This document shows positions 1 to 13,372 of a stretch of DNA of 64,000 nt, in pieces. The DNA lies in assembly GCA_030264375.1 (NCBI GenBank), contig JASCQW010000168.1, positions 10,781,102-10,845,101 of the forward strand, read 5' to 3'. The DNA comes from Carcharhinus longimanus (lineage: Eukaryota). Made by a program: the position numbers and the translations under genes. The first letter of the stretch is position 1. Every line of letters starts with the position of its first letter. The notes under the pieces are model-generated. The model was not told the DNA's origin and searched no databases. It saw only the letters and a program-made list of their open reading frames with translations.

Positions 1-610
1 TGTGAAACGTGGACTGTGTATCAAAGGCATGCAAGACAGCTCAATCATTTCCACATGACTTGTCTTTGCAGAATATTGTGCATCAGATGGCAAGACAAAG
101 TACCAGACATTGAAGTTCTCTCTAGAGCAAGTCTACCATCAGTCCACACACAGCTGATGAGAGCTCAGACTCGCTGAGCAGGTCATCTGTATGCCAGATG
201 AATGCATACCCAAGCAACTCCTTTTTGGGGAACTTTCTGCTGGAAGACACTCACATGGAGGGCAGAAAAAACATTATAACGACACACTCAAGGCCTCCCT
301 GAAGTTGCTTGACATAGACATGACCACCTGCGAAACACTGGTGCAAAACCGCCCTACCTGACACTACCTCATCCACAAGGGCTGTCAAGATTACGAAGCA
401 AGGTACATTGCTGAAGCACAACTTAAGCACGTGCTGCACAAGTCCAGAGCCACCAGCACAACAACTACAGTGCTTACACAAGTCTGTCCAATACGTGCCA
501 GGACATTGCGTGCTCGAATTGGCCTGGTCATCTTCAGACACATCGCATCCAGCCTCAAAATGACTACTGGTGTCGCGGTCCTCATCGACGACAATGGACG
601 AACAACATCA
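1..610 (+). mobile_element. RTE-clade LINE, 3' part (decayed)
   Basis: Frame 1 gives CETWTVYQRHARQLNHFHMTCL...IRWQDKVPDIEVL. Later segments give PKQLLFGEL...GGQKKHYNDTLKASLK and a degenerate C-terminal zinc-finger (CPIRARTLRARIGL). Stops and a frameshift are present; it ends in an RTE-like gatggacgaacaac-type tail. Confidence 0.85.
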
Positions 611-1049
611 CACCTTATGAGGTTTAAAGTGCTATATAAATGACAACTGTTACTTTTTAAAATTAGATGCTGAAAATATAGCCAGTTACAGCTGTCTTTT
701 TAAAATCACAGCCTGTTTCCTAATTTCCACATGACGTTCAAGAAAATATATAGAATGATTTCAAAAGGTCTCAACCAAAATGAAAATATATCTATGAAAT
801 ACTGAAAAAAGATAAAATTATTACAATAAATGCTTCTCCATTTTATGTACTTAGCTGATCAAAACTTAAATATCATATTCACAAGAAAATTCCCCAAGTC
901 ACTGATAGTGATCATACCAAGTATGACAGCAAATAAAGTGTATCATGAATGGTAAATATTCAGCTTTTAGTCCCATGAGTCAAGTGTTCATTCTGAACAG
1001 TCACTCGGGAGCAGTGAACAGCCAGGCATTTTCTCTTTGTAGAGGCAAA

Positions 1050-1388
1050 GCAGCACGGTGGGACAGTGGTTAGCACTGCTGCCTCACAATGTTAAGGGCT
1101 CAATTCCTGCCTTGCGTGACTGTGTGTGTGGAGTTTACACATTCTCTGTATCTGTACGGGTTTCCTCCGGATGTTCCGGTTTCCTCCCATAGCTCAAAGA
1201 TGTGCAGGTTAGGTGGATTGGCCATTGTAAATTGCCCATTGGTGTCCATGGATGTATAGGTTTAGGGGAATTAGCAGGGTAAATATATGGGTTTACAAGA
1301 TTAGGACCTGGGTAAGATCACTCTTAGACAGTCAGTACAGACTCGTTGGCCTGATTAGAATCCTACAGTGCAGAAGGAGGCTATGATT
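1050..1388 (+). mobile_element. HE1-like tRNA-derived SINE (V-SINE type)
   Basis: Head gcagcacggtgggacagtggttagcactgctgcctcac, central domain ggagtttacacattctc...gggtttcctccggatgttccggtttcctccca, and a CR1-like tail. Confidence 0.85.
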
Positions 1389-2544
1389 TTAAAGTATCAC
1401 CAGGAGGCTCATTTCAGATATCATACAACAACTGGTGATGAAGTGAGATAGGCAGGGGACAGACAACACACAGCACGTAATGGAGAAAAAAATATGCAAT
1501 GCTTTTCAAAAAAAATTTCATAACTAACCTGCTTAAAGGCTATAATTGCTTAGGACATGATAAGCTTCCCAAGAGATTAACATATCAGACCAATAAGCTA
1601 GATTATGCAAGAATGAACCATGCCTGCTGCCAGGAATACAGTCTGAACCTTTCCAACCAGCTGTAAATTATCAAAATCTATATATGGAAACTAAGAAACT
1701 GCCTAGACATGAGATATTTAAAAAAATCCTGATTAGCACATCTGTGATTTGAGGATTCATTAGGACTGAATTACAAACAAAATTTTGTTTTATCATTACT
1801 ACAATCCCCTCAAATTCTTTTCATGTATTACTATATTATCTATCAAGCTTTGTGTTTAGCTATCTATTGGGAGAAAATGCCTCCAGCTTTATTTTTAAAA
1901 ATTAAATACCATCTTTATCCTGCAAATATGAGTTTGACGCTGAGATTTGGTGCAGCAAGATCCAGCAACTGAGTTGCCAGCCATGCGACACACTCAAGGA
2001 TGGGACAGTGAGAGATTGAGAGTACGGCGCAGGTGTGACTAATACTTACAGTGGCGACATGTTTAACTATTCAAGGGATCTTTGCCTCAATGAAAATTAA
2101 GAGTACTTAAGAATTACTTGTGCTTTACAATTTTAAAAAAAAGCTTATCACTTAAGTTACACAGTAACCAGTATGAAGCAGAATTGCTCTGAGGCACCAA
2201 ACAGCCAGCCTCAAACTAATTTGACTTTGGTTGGTTAAGTTCAGTTTCGCACCACCACCGGCCTTAAGAAACTTACCCTCTTGTCCTTGCAGCTATCACC
2301 CCACCTCCAACCTTCCTTTCTTCTCCAGTCACCTCCCAAATGTGTGCTTATCTCTCCAATCAGGTTTCCACCTTTGCTATCGGACTGAAATGGCTTAACT
2401 GAAGGCACAAATTACATACTTCAACATGGCTGACGGCAATCTCCATCTCCAATGTCTATCTTTCACAGTCCAGTTCTTTAGGACTGCACTTGTTTGGTTT
2501 CACTCGTACCAATTACATTTCAAGAAGACATTGTCAGCTTCCAC

Positions 2545-2900
2545 ATTTTTTCATTATTCAGAGGATGTGGGAGCTGCTGGATCAGGGCTAGCATGCATTG
2601 GCTATCGCTGTTATTGAGAATATGATGGCAAGTTGCCACGTTGAATATTACAATGATTTGCTAAACTGTTTCAAAGGGCAGTTAAGAGTTATCCACATTT
2701 GGCAGTTCTGGGGTCACAAAAAGCCACACTGGGAAAGGATGGTGGATTTCCTTCCCTAAGAAGTTTGTGAATCTTTACAGCAATCCAGTAGTTTTATGGT
2801 CATCATTACCGACATCATGAAACCCAATGATTTGTGTTCCCCTGGGTACTAAATTCACATCTGTGGAGATTGTAACATTTAAGGTACTGGACGTTGCAAT
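2545..2900 (-). mobile_element. Old copy of the tRNA-headed short element (same family as 10038-10315)
   Basis: Carries the reverse complement of the body motifs gggaaggaaatc...ccatcc and gactcttaactgccc, plus a degenerate LINE-derived tail. Confidence 0.55.
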
Positions 2901-2929
2901 ATGGTTACATTCGTTTCTGCCTAGTACAA

Positions 2930-3657
2930 AGATGGGGCCCTCTGGGGGTGTTTTGATAGGTCACCAGAGCAGTTCAAAGGTCAGTGAACCACTTTTCCTG
3001 AGGCAATTACAATTTGAGGCAGACTGCCAGCCAACAAGTGTCACAAAGGGAAAAAGGCCGGTCAAGTTACCTAGAGAGTTGTGGGGAGCAGACTTAAAGT
3101 TAAAGAGGGCCATTGCGGCAAAGATAGCCCTGTGAAGCAGTGGCACTTGGCTTGGCATTAGCATAGGTCTGAAAGTGTGCCTGTGAGCTGGTGTTTGTGA
3201 ACTCAGCAAACCAGGGAAAGAAATCTCGGAAGACGGTACTAAAACCCTGTGGGGAGTGGGCCATTTTTAAAAATTGTTCAGGTGAGAATGACGTTTGGAG
3301 AGAATTCCAAGAGATCTTCAAAAGTGGAGATTGGAAACCCTCATGAGAAAAGTTTCAGTGAGATTCACTGAATCACGGTGTGTCAAACCTCTGGGTAATT
3401 TGTTAAGAAATCAATTGAATCGGACTTTTTTGTTGCACTGTCATTTACTCTGTATTGTGTTGCATCCGACCACAGTTTGTCTGTTAACTCCCTGGTACAT
3501 CATACTTACCCTGAATGTTACAATATTAATTGTAATCTTTCTGAACTTGTACAGTAAAGTTTGTTCTGGTTTGTTTGAAACCCATGGAATCTTGTGGCTT
3601 TATTCCAACAGCAGGTGTCTTGAATCTAAATCTTCATCTACTTTAAACAAAATGTAA
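2930..3657. repeat. Possible solo LTR or interspersed repeat
   Basis: Block with distinct composition resembling LTR U3/U5 sequence. No coding motif, and termini were not verified. Confidence 0.25.
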
Positions 3658-3669
3658 AAGGATCTTCCA

Positions 3670-4235
3670 CCAATATATGCTAAGGAGGCCAAGTTCTACC
3701 CCGTCATTTCACCTATGTTGTCAAACTGGTGGCCCAACATTCAGTCCTGGAGAAGCTGCAATTTTCTCCAGTTAAACATTGAGAAGACAGAAGCCATCCT
3801 CTGTTCTCTCACTGTATGGTCTCAGAATCAGAGAATTCACAGCTGTGGCATCCAATTTAACTCCAAGTGTCATTTCCAATGCCTTGGTTAGAACTCTGAC
3901 CTGCATTTAAGTCTTTTCACAGCTTTGGGTACTTTACCTTTAACCTCCTTCAAGCCTAAACCTCCCCCCCACAATCCACTGCCCTCACACTTGAACTCTG
4001 GTCATTCCACCTCTGTTTTTTTGCAGATATTCCCCATTGCTGAAAATGCCAACATTGAACAACATTTCTTCAGCTGTCTAAGTCCCATACTTGAACTCCC
4101 TTGTCAAATTCTCACACATCCATCTCCCTTTCTTTCTTAAAATCCCGTTATCAAGCGTTTCACTTGGACTCTGTCTAGTTCTGATTATGTAATTTTCTTT
4201 TCTGTGTTAGTGTTATATAAAAGCAGGTTGTGTTA
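3670..4235 (+). mobile_element. Decayed L2-like LINE fragment
   Basis: ttctccagttaaacattgagaagacagaagccatc (FLQLNIEKTEAI, an L2 RT-region motif) and a tail ending ttatataaaagcaggttgtg. Confidence 0.55.
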
Positions 4236-5761
4236 AACTAAATGCCTGTCTATTTCTCCTCATGGTTCAGGTGGACAAAAACACTCCACAAATCTCATAT
4301 TTGTTTCGGGGATGCATGGGCACATAATCACTACAACAATTCAGAGATAATTAATAGAATGTGAAGGTCTTGAGACATGGCTGTAAAGTAAGTTTTATTT
4401 ATTAATGAAGACTCCTGCTATATTCAGTATTTATAACCAGACAGTATGCAACATGTGAAGCTCTTCCTGGATTGTCAGAACAAAGACAAGATCTGAAGCC
4501 CCGGCCATAAATCATTTCAATTTTCTAATAGGTTATTGAAAATGATTGCTTTTCTTTCCTCTGCATATATAAAGTAAGATAAAAATAAATAAGTAGACAC
4601 ACAAACATAAATTATTTAACATTTCATTTGCATAATTTATTCAAGTAGAACATGAAGCAACTTTTTCAGTCTACTCAGTTGTCAGGATTAGCAGAAAACA
4701 ATCTACTTCATTACTCGTCAACTGTCCACCACAGCAGTACAATATTTCACAAGAACAAGGAAAACTAAAGGAGGATTTGCTTGACGAATGGACAGTGTAA
4801 AAGCACTGCATGGCGTAGTCGTAAGCAGGAGACCCCATTTGGCTCCTACTTTTGATTGCTGATCTGTGCAGAGTTAATGATCTTAATTGTGGATGGACTA
4901 GGGTAGTACATTTAACTGCACTTTCCGTTAGCTCAAGGCAGGGAGAACAGGGAAGTCAGCCAAAGTTCACGGTTTCTCTCTAGCTCTTTGTACATCAATT
5001 AGATAGAATCCAAAGCCAGTTTTTCTCAATACCTTAAAACATTTATTAGATCGTATGGATTTTTTAAAAGATACCCGATTGAAAGCACATTGCAAAAACT
5101 AACTGAAAAGATTACACATACACAATTTTCTGCAATCCTACTGCAGGATTCACATTTTGGGCAAGTTTTCAAGCTAATGAGAGAATTAGGAAAATATGGA
5201 GCAATTCAGGCACAAATCACAGCTATGCAAAACAATTTAAGGCCATGACATACATTCATTTTATGGATGACTGCATAGGCTTCATGCAGATATCAAGTGC
5301 TTAGATGCTTGTGCTAACTGCATGATTTTATGTAAGTATATTCCATCCTTAATGTGAACAGCTCGATTTTTCTATATCTACTGGTATCTTTCTTTCATTT
5401 GTACATTAGTAAAAAATTATTTCATAATTATTTCATAGGGTTAAAGTACCATGAGCAATTAAAACAAATCGTCATCAGAAAAATTAAAAATAGTATTTCT
5501 GTATATTACTTTTAATGTGCATTAAATACACACACACTCTTTACTGATCTCTCGNNNNNNNNNNNNNNNNNNNNNNNNNNNNNNNNNNNNNNNNNNNNNN
5601 NNNNNNNNNNNNNNNNNNNNNNNNNNNNNNNNNNNNNNNNNNNNNNNNNNNNNNNNNNNNNNNNNNNNNNNNNNNNNNNNNNNNNNNNNNNNNNNNNNNN
5701 NNNNNNNNNNNNNNNNNNNNNNNNNNNNNNNNNNNNNNNNNNNNNNNNNNNNNNNNNNNNN

Positions 5762-5858
5762 CAGGGAGAACATGCAGACTCCGCACAGATATTTACCCAT
5801 GCCAGGACTCAAACCCAGGTCCTTGGCACTGTGAGGCAGCAGTGCCAACCACTGCCAC
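5762..5858 (-). mobile_element. HE1-like SINE head, adjacent to a gap
   Basis: Reverse complement of the head tggcagtggttggcactgctgcctcacagtgccaaggacctgggtttgag. Confidence 0.8.
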
Positions 5859-6024
5859 CAAGCTGCCATAGAGTTGGGCAATAAATGTGGTCTTACAGTC
5901 TAGTCCATGTCAGAGAACAAAACATGCTTTCCATTGTAATAATTCAGATCAGAGACTCCAAAGTGTTTTATGAAGCCCGCATGGATCATAAGTTTTGCAC
6001 TTTGAATTTGGCTAAGATAAGCAT

Positions 6025-6778
6025 GGTATGTTTTACTTCAGGTATAACCTACTGGGAAGCTTTAATCAAACAAAGTTTATTTAAGATTACAGTTAACATG
6101 TATAGTAAGAAAATTAATAACTTTTATCGATTACAAACAAAATTAAAACAATCACGATAATGTATAACCCTTAACAAATATATCTAGCATGTTCCAATCA
6201 AACAAAAACTTCCCATAGACAAAAAATCCTTTCCACAGGTTTAACACAGAAAAGCCTACTGCTCACGTGATACTGGAACTGAGTCCTTTGCTAGAGAATT
6301 GAAAATCCTGATTTCTCAGCCTTGTAAATTCTAGCAGCCCTCTGGACACACCCAGAACAGTGATAACAGCTTCCCAGACACCAGAGAGAGAATCTGGCCA
6401 AGCTGCCAACAGCAATTGTTCTATTCCAGAAAGGCAAGAAGCTTTGCTTTCAGTGAACCAGCAGAATTCCCAAAACCAGGGAGAGAGAAACACTTCTTTT
6501 TAGCTTGATTTCCCTTCTAAAACTAACAACTACAGCCAACCAAAACAGAAAATGAAACCTTAAATTCACTAGGAAGAAAAATCTGTCAAAACACATGACC
6601 TTCCTCCTAACAATGCAGGGTTATAAAATATCCCGGAGTAAAAACAAACAACTCTATTTAAAACAAGTAACAAAACGACTTCTAGCAGACAGCCCCGCAG
6701 CAATGAAACCAAAACAGTTCATAGCTGCAGAGAACATAATTTAAAATAAACATTTCTTAAAGGTACACTAATGTCACA
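6025..6778. repeat. Possible solo LTR
   Basis: A/C-skewed ~750-bp block ending in ...gtcaca. Resemblance only; no PBS, PPT or TSD confirmed. Confidence 0.25.
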
Positions 6779-7084
6779 CTGTTCGTATGCACAACACCAC
6801 TTTTTAGAGCCTATGTCAATTATTGATATTAAAAGGTATGTAAGTAAGATTTAGCTCACGTGTGTAATGCAGAGGGATGACACATGTTGGAAATATGTTC
6901 CAATTCTTAAATTTGCTGGATACCATTGCCTCTGATGAACAGTAGGAAAGCTATGTAAAAGCACATCTTTTACAACATGCAAGATATTTTTGTATGTTTT
7001 TACATATTGCAAAGCTGCTGCAATTCCAGATTTAAACTTGGAAATACTGCAAACCTTTAGAACAGAAACACGACAAATAATTTT

Positions 7085-8130
7085 GAATTGAATTTTTGAG
7101 GAGGAGATCAGATGTGTAGATGAGGGTGGTGCAGTCAATGTAGTTTATATAGATTTTAACAAAGCCTTTGACAAGGTTATACATGAGAGACTTGTAATGA
7201 AGGTAAATTCATGTAAGAGACAGGGTAATTTGATAAAATGGATTCAAAACTGGCTAAGTTGTAGGACACAGATGGTGACAACAGAAGGCTGCAATAGTGA
7301 CTGGAAGTCAATGTCTAGTGGCGCACCACAGGGATCGGTGTTGGGCACCCCATTATTCATAATTTATATAAATGACATTGATGATGATGTAGGGGGTAGA
7401 ATTACTAAGTTTGCAGATGACAGAAAGACTGGGTGGTAGTTAACAGTGAGGCAGAGTGTCTTGGGCTACAAGATGATATAGACGGAATGGTCAAATGGGC
7501 AGATAAATGGCAGATGGAATTTAACCCTGAAATGTGCGAGGTGATACACTTTGGAAGGAGTAATTTGAAAAGGAAGTATTCAATGAATGGTAGAACTCTA
7601 GGAAGTTCTGTGGAACAAAGGGAGCTTGGCGCACACGTCCACAGATTTCTGAAAGCAGAAGGACATGTTAGTAAGGTGGTAAAAAAGGCATATGGGACAC
7701 TTGCCTTTTATCAATTGAGGCACAGATTACAAAAGCAGGGAAGTTATGTTGGAGTTGTATAGAACTTTGATGAGGCCACAGCTGGAATACTGTGTGCAGT
7801 TCTGATCACCACGTCATCGGAAGGATGTGATTGCATTGGGGGGATGCAGAGGAGATTTACCAGGATGCTGCCTGGGATGGAACATTTAAATTATGAAGAG
7901 GGGCTGTATAGGATTGGGTTGTTTTCTTTGGAACAGAGAAGACTAAGGGGTGACCTGATCAAGGTGAACAAGATTATGAGAGACATGAACAGAATAGATA
8001 AGGAGCAGCCATTTCCTTTAATTGAAGGATCAGTCACAAGGAGACAAAGGTTCAAGGTGAGGGGCAGGAGGTTTGGGGGGGGGTGTGAGGAAGAACGTTT
8101 TTACCCAGAGGGTGGAGGAGATCTGGAATG
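7085..8130 (+). mobile_element. CR1 LINE ORF2 reverse-transcriptase / C-terminal fragment
   Basis: ORFs 7197-8130 give SGAPQGSVLG, FIIYINDID, KFADD, WADKWQMEFNP, QRRFTRMLPG and LFSLEQRRLRGDLI. The element is frameshifted and runs into a gap. Confidence 0.95.
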
Positions 8131-10037
8131 NNNNNNNNNNNNNNNNNNNNNNNNNNNNNNNNNNNNNNNNNNNNNNNNNNNNNNNNNNNNNNNNNNNNNN
8201 NNNNNNNNNNNNNNNNNNNNNNNNNNNNNNNNNNNNNNNNNNNNNNNNNNNNNNNNNNNNNNNNNNNNNNNNNNNNNNNNNNNNNNNNNNNNNNNNNNNN
8301 NNNNNNNNNNNNNNNNNNNNNNNNNNNNNNNNNNNNNNNNNNNNNNNNNNNNNNNNNNNNNNNNNNNNNNNNNNNNNNNNNNNNNNNNNNNNNNNNNNNN
8401 NNNNNNNNNNNNNNNNNNNNNNNNNNNNNNNNNNNNNNNNNNNNNNNNNNNNNNNNNNNNNNNNNNNNNNNNNNNNNNNNNNNNNNNNNNNNNNNNNNNN
8501 NNNNNNNNNNNNNNNNNNNNNNNNNNNNNNNNNNNNNNNNNNNNNNNNNNNNNNNNNNNNNNNNNNNGGGAATAAAAATGTTACTAAGATCCAATGGGAA
8601 TCCTCTTCTAATGGAAGGAACTTGACCCTGCGGCTGATTGCAATAGAATTAACCCGAGGATACCAATACATTATTTACAAAAATTTGCAACATTTGTGTT
8701 TTTTTTTACAGGCATGTCAATGTGAAAACTATCAATTCTTGTTTGAGCCTAATCAGCACCATCAATCTACCAGGAAGCAGCACTGGTGAGTAGAAAGGGC
8801 TCCTCCACCTCTCCACCCCCAACTCCTTCAATACCTCTGTGACTGGGGACAAGGCAGCAAGTGGGTAACCACTCCAAGATCTATCCTATTCTGTCAGCGG
8901 CCTGGAGGCACGCAACAGAGACCCAGTGAGAACTTGTGTTCCAAGTGACCTTTTGGAAAAACTACAACTCCTTCACATGCAATTCCTATGCAATTCAAGC
9001 AAGCAGTTGAGTGAAATGGTGATCAAACCTGCATTGGTAACATGATTTTTCCTTTTAACATTCAGCACAACTATGCTATACATATCTTGTTAGTTTACAC
9101 AGCACAGATTTGCATCTATAATCTCCACAGATGGTGAGTTGCTGATCTGAGCCTAACTATTGTGGGAATGAATTCAGTAGCAGCTACAGGCTTGCCTGCA
9201 GGGAAGGTGTTGTGAATGGAGCCACAATTATTCTTGGTCACATTTTCACAACTCCTTTCAGCCAATTCAGAGTGACACCAACAGAGATTGGTTGGTTTTA
9301 GACAAGAAAATGAAAGTGAACAGGATGGGAAATTATAAAGAGGATGTTTATGAAACACAGTTACTGAAATATATTTAGCAATAATTATAACAGAAGTAAT
9401 TTGCATGATTTAATATAATTCACTGCTCCTTAAATACACTTTAGAATGCACAATTGTTCACACAACTGGAGGAAGAAACCCAATTGTAAGACTTCAAAAA
9501 CTGACATGCAAGCAATTGTTTTAAGATTAAAAAGGACAAATAGAACTATAATGCTTTAAGTGTCTTGATGGATGAATTATATCTGCACTCGCTGAAATCG
9601 CTACCTGAATATATCATGTGACTCTATTCCTGTCATTTAGTGATGACTTAATTAGCTGGCTGAATTCTTCTGTGGCTTACATATTAGATTTTTTGATGTA
9701 TATGCACTTCTTTGTCTATTAAAAAGATCATCACTGATGCTGGTCCAATATTGAAGCTGGAACAGTTTAATTTTGTACTAAAAATTACATATTAATTTCA
9801 AGTGTTCATTTTCCTGCATGAATTGAAGAAACAGTAACCCTTCAGAACTGCTTTACACAAATTATTGGTTTAAAGTATTTTTGAACACATACTTTAAAAC
9901 ACATGTTCATGCTACTTAAAAAAAAATGACAATCAAATTCTATTTTAGGATAATTTTCTTCTCATCAGGAAATTAAAACACTTATCTGAATCATTAAGTG
10001 GAGAATCTGCCGATCAATAGTTAATGAGTTAAACTGT

Positions 10038-10315
10038 GGAGAGGTGGTGGCGTAGTGGTATTGTCATTGGGCTAGTAATCCAGAGACGCACAACAGATGG
10101 AGAGATTTAAACTTAATAAAAAATTTGGAATTTAAAATCTAATTATGACCATGAAACCGTTGGTGATTGTTGTAATGTCCTTCGGGGAAGGAAATCTGCC
10201 ATCCATAGCAATGTAGTTGACTCTTAAATGCCCCCCGAGGCTTAGCCACTCAATTCAAGGGCAATTAGGGATGGGCAAAGCCAGTGATGCCCTTACCCCG
10301 TGAATGAATTTCAAA
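10038..10315 (+). mobile_element. tRNA-headed SINE-like element with a LINE-derived 3' tail
   Basis: A-box tggcgtagtgg (10048-10058), body ggggaaggaaatctgccatcc, and tail caagggcaattagggatgggca...gtgaatgaat shared with the LINE 3' ends at 32235, 46935 and 59230. Confidence 0.75.
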
Positions 10316-11949
10316 AACTAGCAACAGCGAATGCTGGAAAAGCAATTTCTAGCATATAATGCTTCTTTGGCACAAGCATTCAAAATCTTCAAGGTTTTTT
10401 TGTGCTGTGAAAGTGAGGAGTGGACGTTATTTCTGGTAAATATATTCCTTCTGTATTACCCAGTAGCCAGATACAGTGAACAGAACAGTCACCCCCATCC
10501 TGTAATTTGCTTTAGCCACATTTTAAGAACAATACCTAGATTGCTAATATTCATTTTGCCTTTCCAATTTGAGCTATCCATGCTGCGGACTAAGTGTGAG
10601 ATGATTGTGCATTTAATGGTAAATTAGTTTTTCTTCAGTGGCCCTGCAATGACTGCACACACTTATTTAAAACAAAATATTTATAGAAAACAGACTGCCA
10701 TCCGTACTGTCTAGGTTCACATTTGAGCCCCAATGAAAGGTCAATGTGCTAACACAAAACCCCAAGACAAAACTTTGAATTTTAAAGAGAATGTCTTCAG
10801 ATATATGTCTAGAGTCTCAACCCCATCTTGGAGGCAAGATATTTGATGCAGAAATTGTGTTTGTTTGTCAACAACCCTTGTCATGTCCCCTTAGAGACTA
10901 CCAACTTTCTTTCAAAAATTGAATTTCCTGTAACCAAAAGAATTACGCAACAAGATTTCATGACTGAAGATTCTACCTGTAATAAACAAACTAAAAGTAA
11001 CATTGTCTAACACATATTTAGTGGGCAACTTATTCTTTAAACTACAGAAAAGATTCTCTGTGACTTTAGACAAATTAAAATCTCACTCCATGGTTATAAT
11101 CCCTTAAGTGGACACTTAACTCACCCAGTACCAGTCCAAAGTTATTTTCAACTCCCAATGGCTTCGTTCTTTTTGCCTTTTCCAGTTGAAACTTCTAATC
11201 GTTTTTTCACCACAAGAGTTACTTCAGAGATTCCTTCTTTCTACCCCAAGCTAGGCAAATCTTTCAGCCTCCTTTAAATTTTCACAAATTCAATCTCTTC
11301 AATTTGAACATGAGCACTCTGCTTGGTGAACAAGAGTAAGCATTTTCTCTGCTTCACTTGGGGGGCTAGCTGCCTCCATTTCTTTGCAGTCTCTCAGATT
11401 CTCGCAGCCTGATCTGGGTCCGTAAGATTCAGTGATCTCTTGGGAAATCTTATAAACCAATATTACACTGACTTGCCATGTATGCCTCACCTCTCAAAGC
11501 CTGTCTCTATGGCAATGTGAATCACATGGGCTTTGTATCACTTCGAAATGCTACCTAGCTATCCTCTAGGCCACCAATTATGTTCTATCGTTTAATTAAA
11601 TAACTTAAAGTATAACCATTTATAAAACCTGACACTTCTAACACCTCCAAGAGACTTGAAGACTAACAATCTAACACAATCAGCACAGGTACTCTTGCCA
11701 TTGTCTACAGGTGTGAACATCTTGAACTTTTTTTGCAAGTCTCTTGACTTAGGCCCCTCTTTGTCCACAGAGCAGCCAAGCCACCCAGACTTGTTGTCAG
11801 GTAGCATTCAGAGGGCACATGACCCCCTTAATTCCTTTATTTTATTTTAAATTAATGAGACAGTCTGAAAACATAATCCAATAAACCTCATATCTGTAAC
11901 ACCCGTTTTGCTGACAGTTGAGGATATGTTGTAAAGACTAATACGTAAA

Positions 11950-12340
11950 TAAAGAACAAAGAACAAAAACAGCCCGGGAAACAGGCCCTTCGGCCCAACG
12001 AGCCCACGCTGCCATCCTAACGCCGCCAGTCCCCCCCTCCACCCATGACCCTCATCCAATGTTTTATGGCCATCCACATTGAGGGAAACTAATTTAGGGN
12101 NNNNNNNNNNNNNNNNNNNNNNNNNNNNNNNNNNNNNNNNNNNNNNNNNNNNNNNNNNNNNNNNNNNNNNNNNNNNNNNNNNNNNNNNNNNNNNNNNNNA
12201 AATGACTCTAGCGTGTTTGCCTCCACCACCTTACTTGGCAGAGCATTCCATACCCCCACTACCCTCTGTGTGGAAAAACCTCCCTCTAATATCTGTGTTA
12301 TACCTCTCCCCCCTCACCTTAAGCCCATGGCCCCTTGTCC
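11950..12340 (-). mobile_element. CR1 LINE 3' end spanning a gap
   Basis: (aagaacaa)n tail followed by acaggcccttcggcccaacg; CR1 3' sequence continues after the gap. Confidence 0.75.
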
Positions 12341-13254
12341 TTTTCAAAATATAAAATATCATAATTTATAGGCAAAGCTGGATAGACTAATAGGTCTTCA
12401 TCTCATGGTCAAGTTTTGTATGAACATAAAGTAGGCCTATTCCCTTCAAGAATCTGAACATACCATCAATCAATGGGAGGATAACAGAATCCTGGACACC
12501 AATGACTGACTCAAATTCCACTTTTATTAAATGGGTTTTGGATTTTTGTCATGATTTTTACCAACTGTTTGGGAATCTCATTCTGTAATTCCATTCAATT
12601 TCAGCTGAGGTTCTCATTCTGTGCTTTTGTCTTTTGAAATTACAATCACTGATTTATAAATGCCCAAATCTTTTACCTTTAATACAAAGGCCTACAGTCA
12701 TTGCCCTGATGCTATAGCATTAAATACCATATTTCTGGTAATTATTTTTCTCTGAAAATTGTAATCCCATCTTTTTACTCATCAGCAATTATGATTCTTG
12801 TAGTCAACTTAGGCTGTAATTTCAAATCCAACAAGCTAATGTATAATTTGTACTGCATGATGAGATTGCATTACCATGTGACCTCATCCACTGAGGAAGA
12901 AATCTTTGGCATATGTTAAGTTAGTGGCTGGTGTTATATTAAGTCCTCAAGCACTGGTCCTTCTCTTGTACCACCAGCCTTTGTTGCCTTCATATAAACT
13001 CGAGGTCAAATTGTAGAAAGCTCATTTAGTTGTAGTGCACTTACAGCCATGTCAAAGTACCTGATATCCAGTGTCACAAAATCAGTCACGTTCGGTCAAG
13101 TCTTTTCCATTCAGTACTCATGAGTTTGATTCTATAAGTTGAGACTAGAAATTCAGTCGCACTTGAATATCTGTGATCTCCTTCTGTTCACTACACAGAA
13201 ACAGGCATTTTTAAAAACTCTGGATCCAGTCAGTCCTCTGAGAATCCCTCTGAC

Positions 13255-13372
13255 GTCAAGGGATGTGGGGAAAAATGGCATGAGATAGATGATAAGCCAT
13301 GACCTGTTTGAATGGTGAAGCACGCTTGATGGACCAAATGGTCTACTCCTGCTTCTATTTCCTATATTCCTA
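13255..13372 (+). mobile_element. CR1 3' UTR / tail fragment
   Basis: agccatgacctgtttgaatggtg...ggaccaaatggtctactcctgcttctatttcctat, a typical CR1 terminus. Confidence 0.7.
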
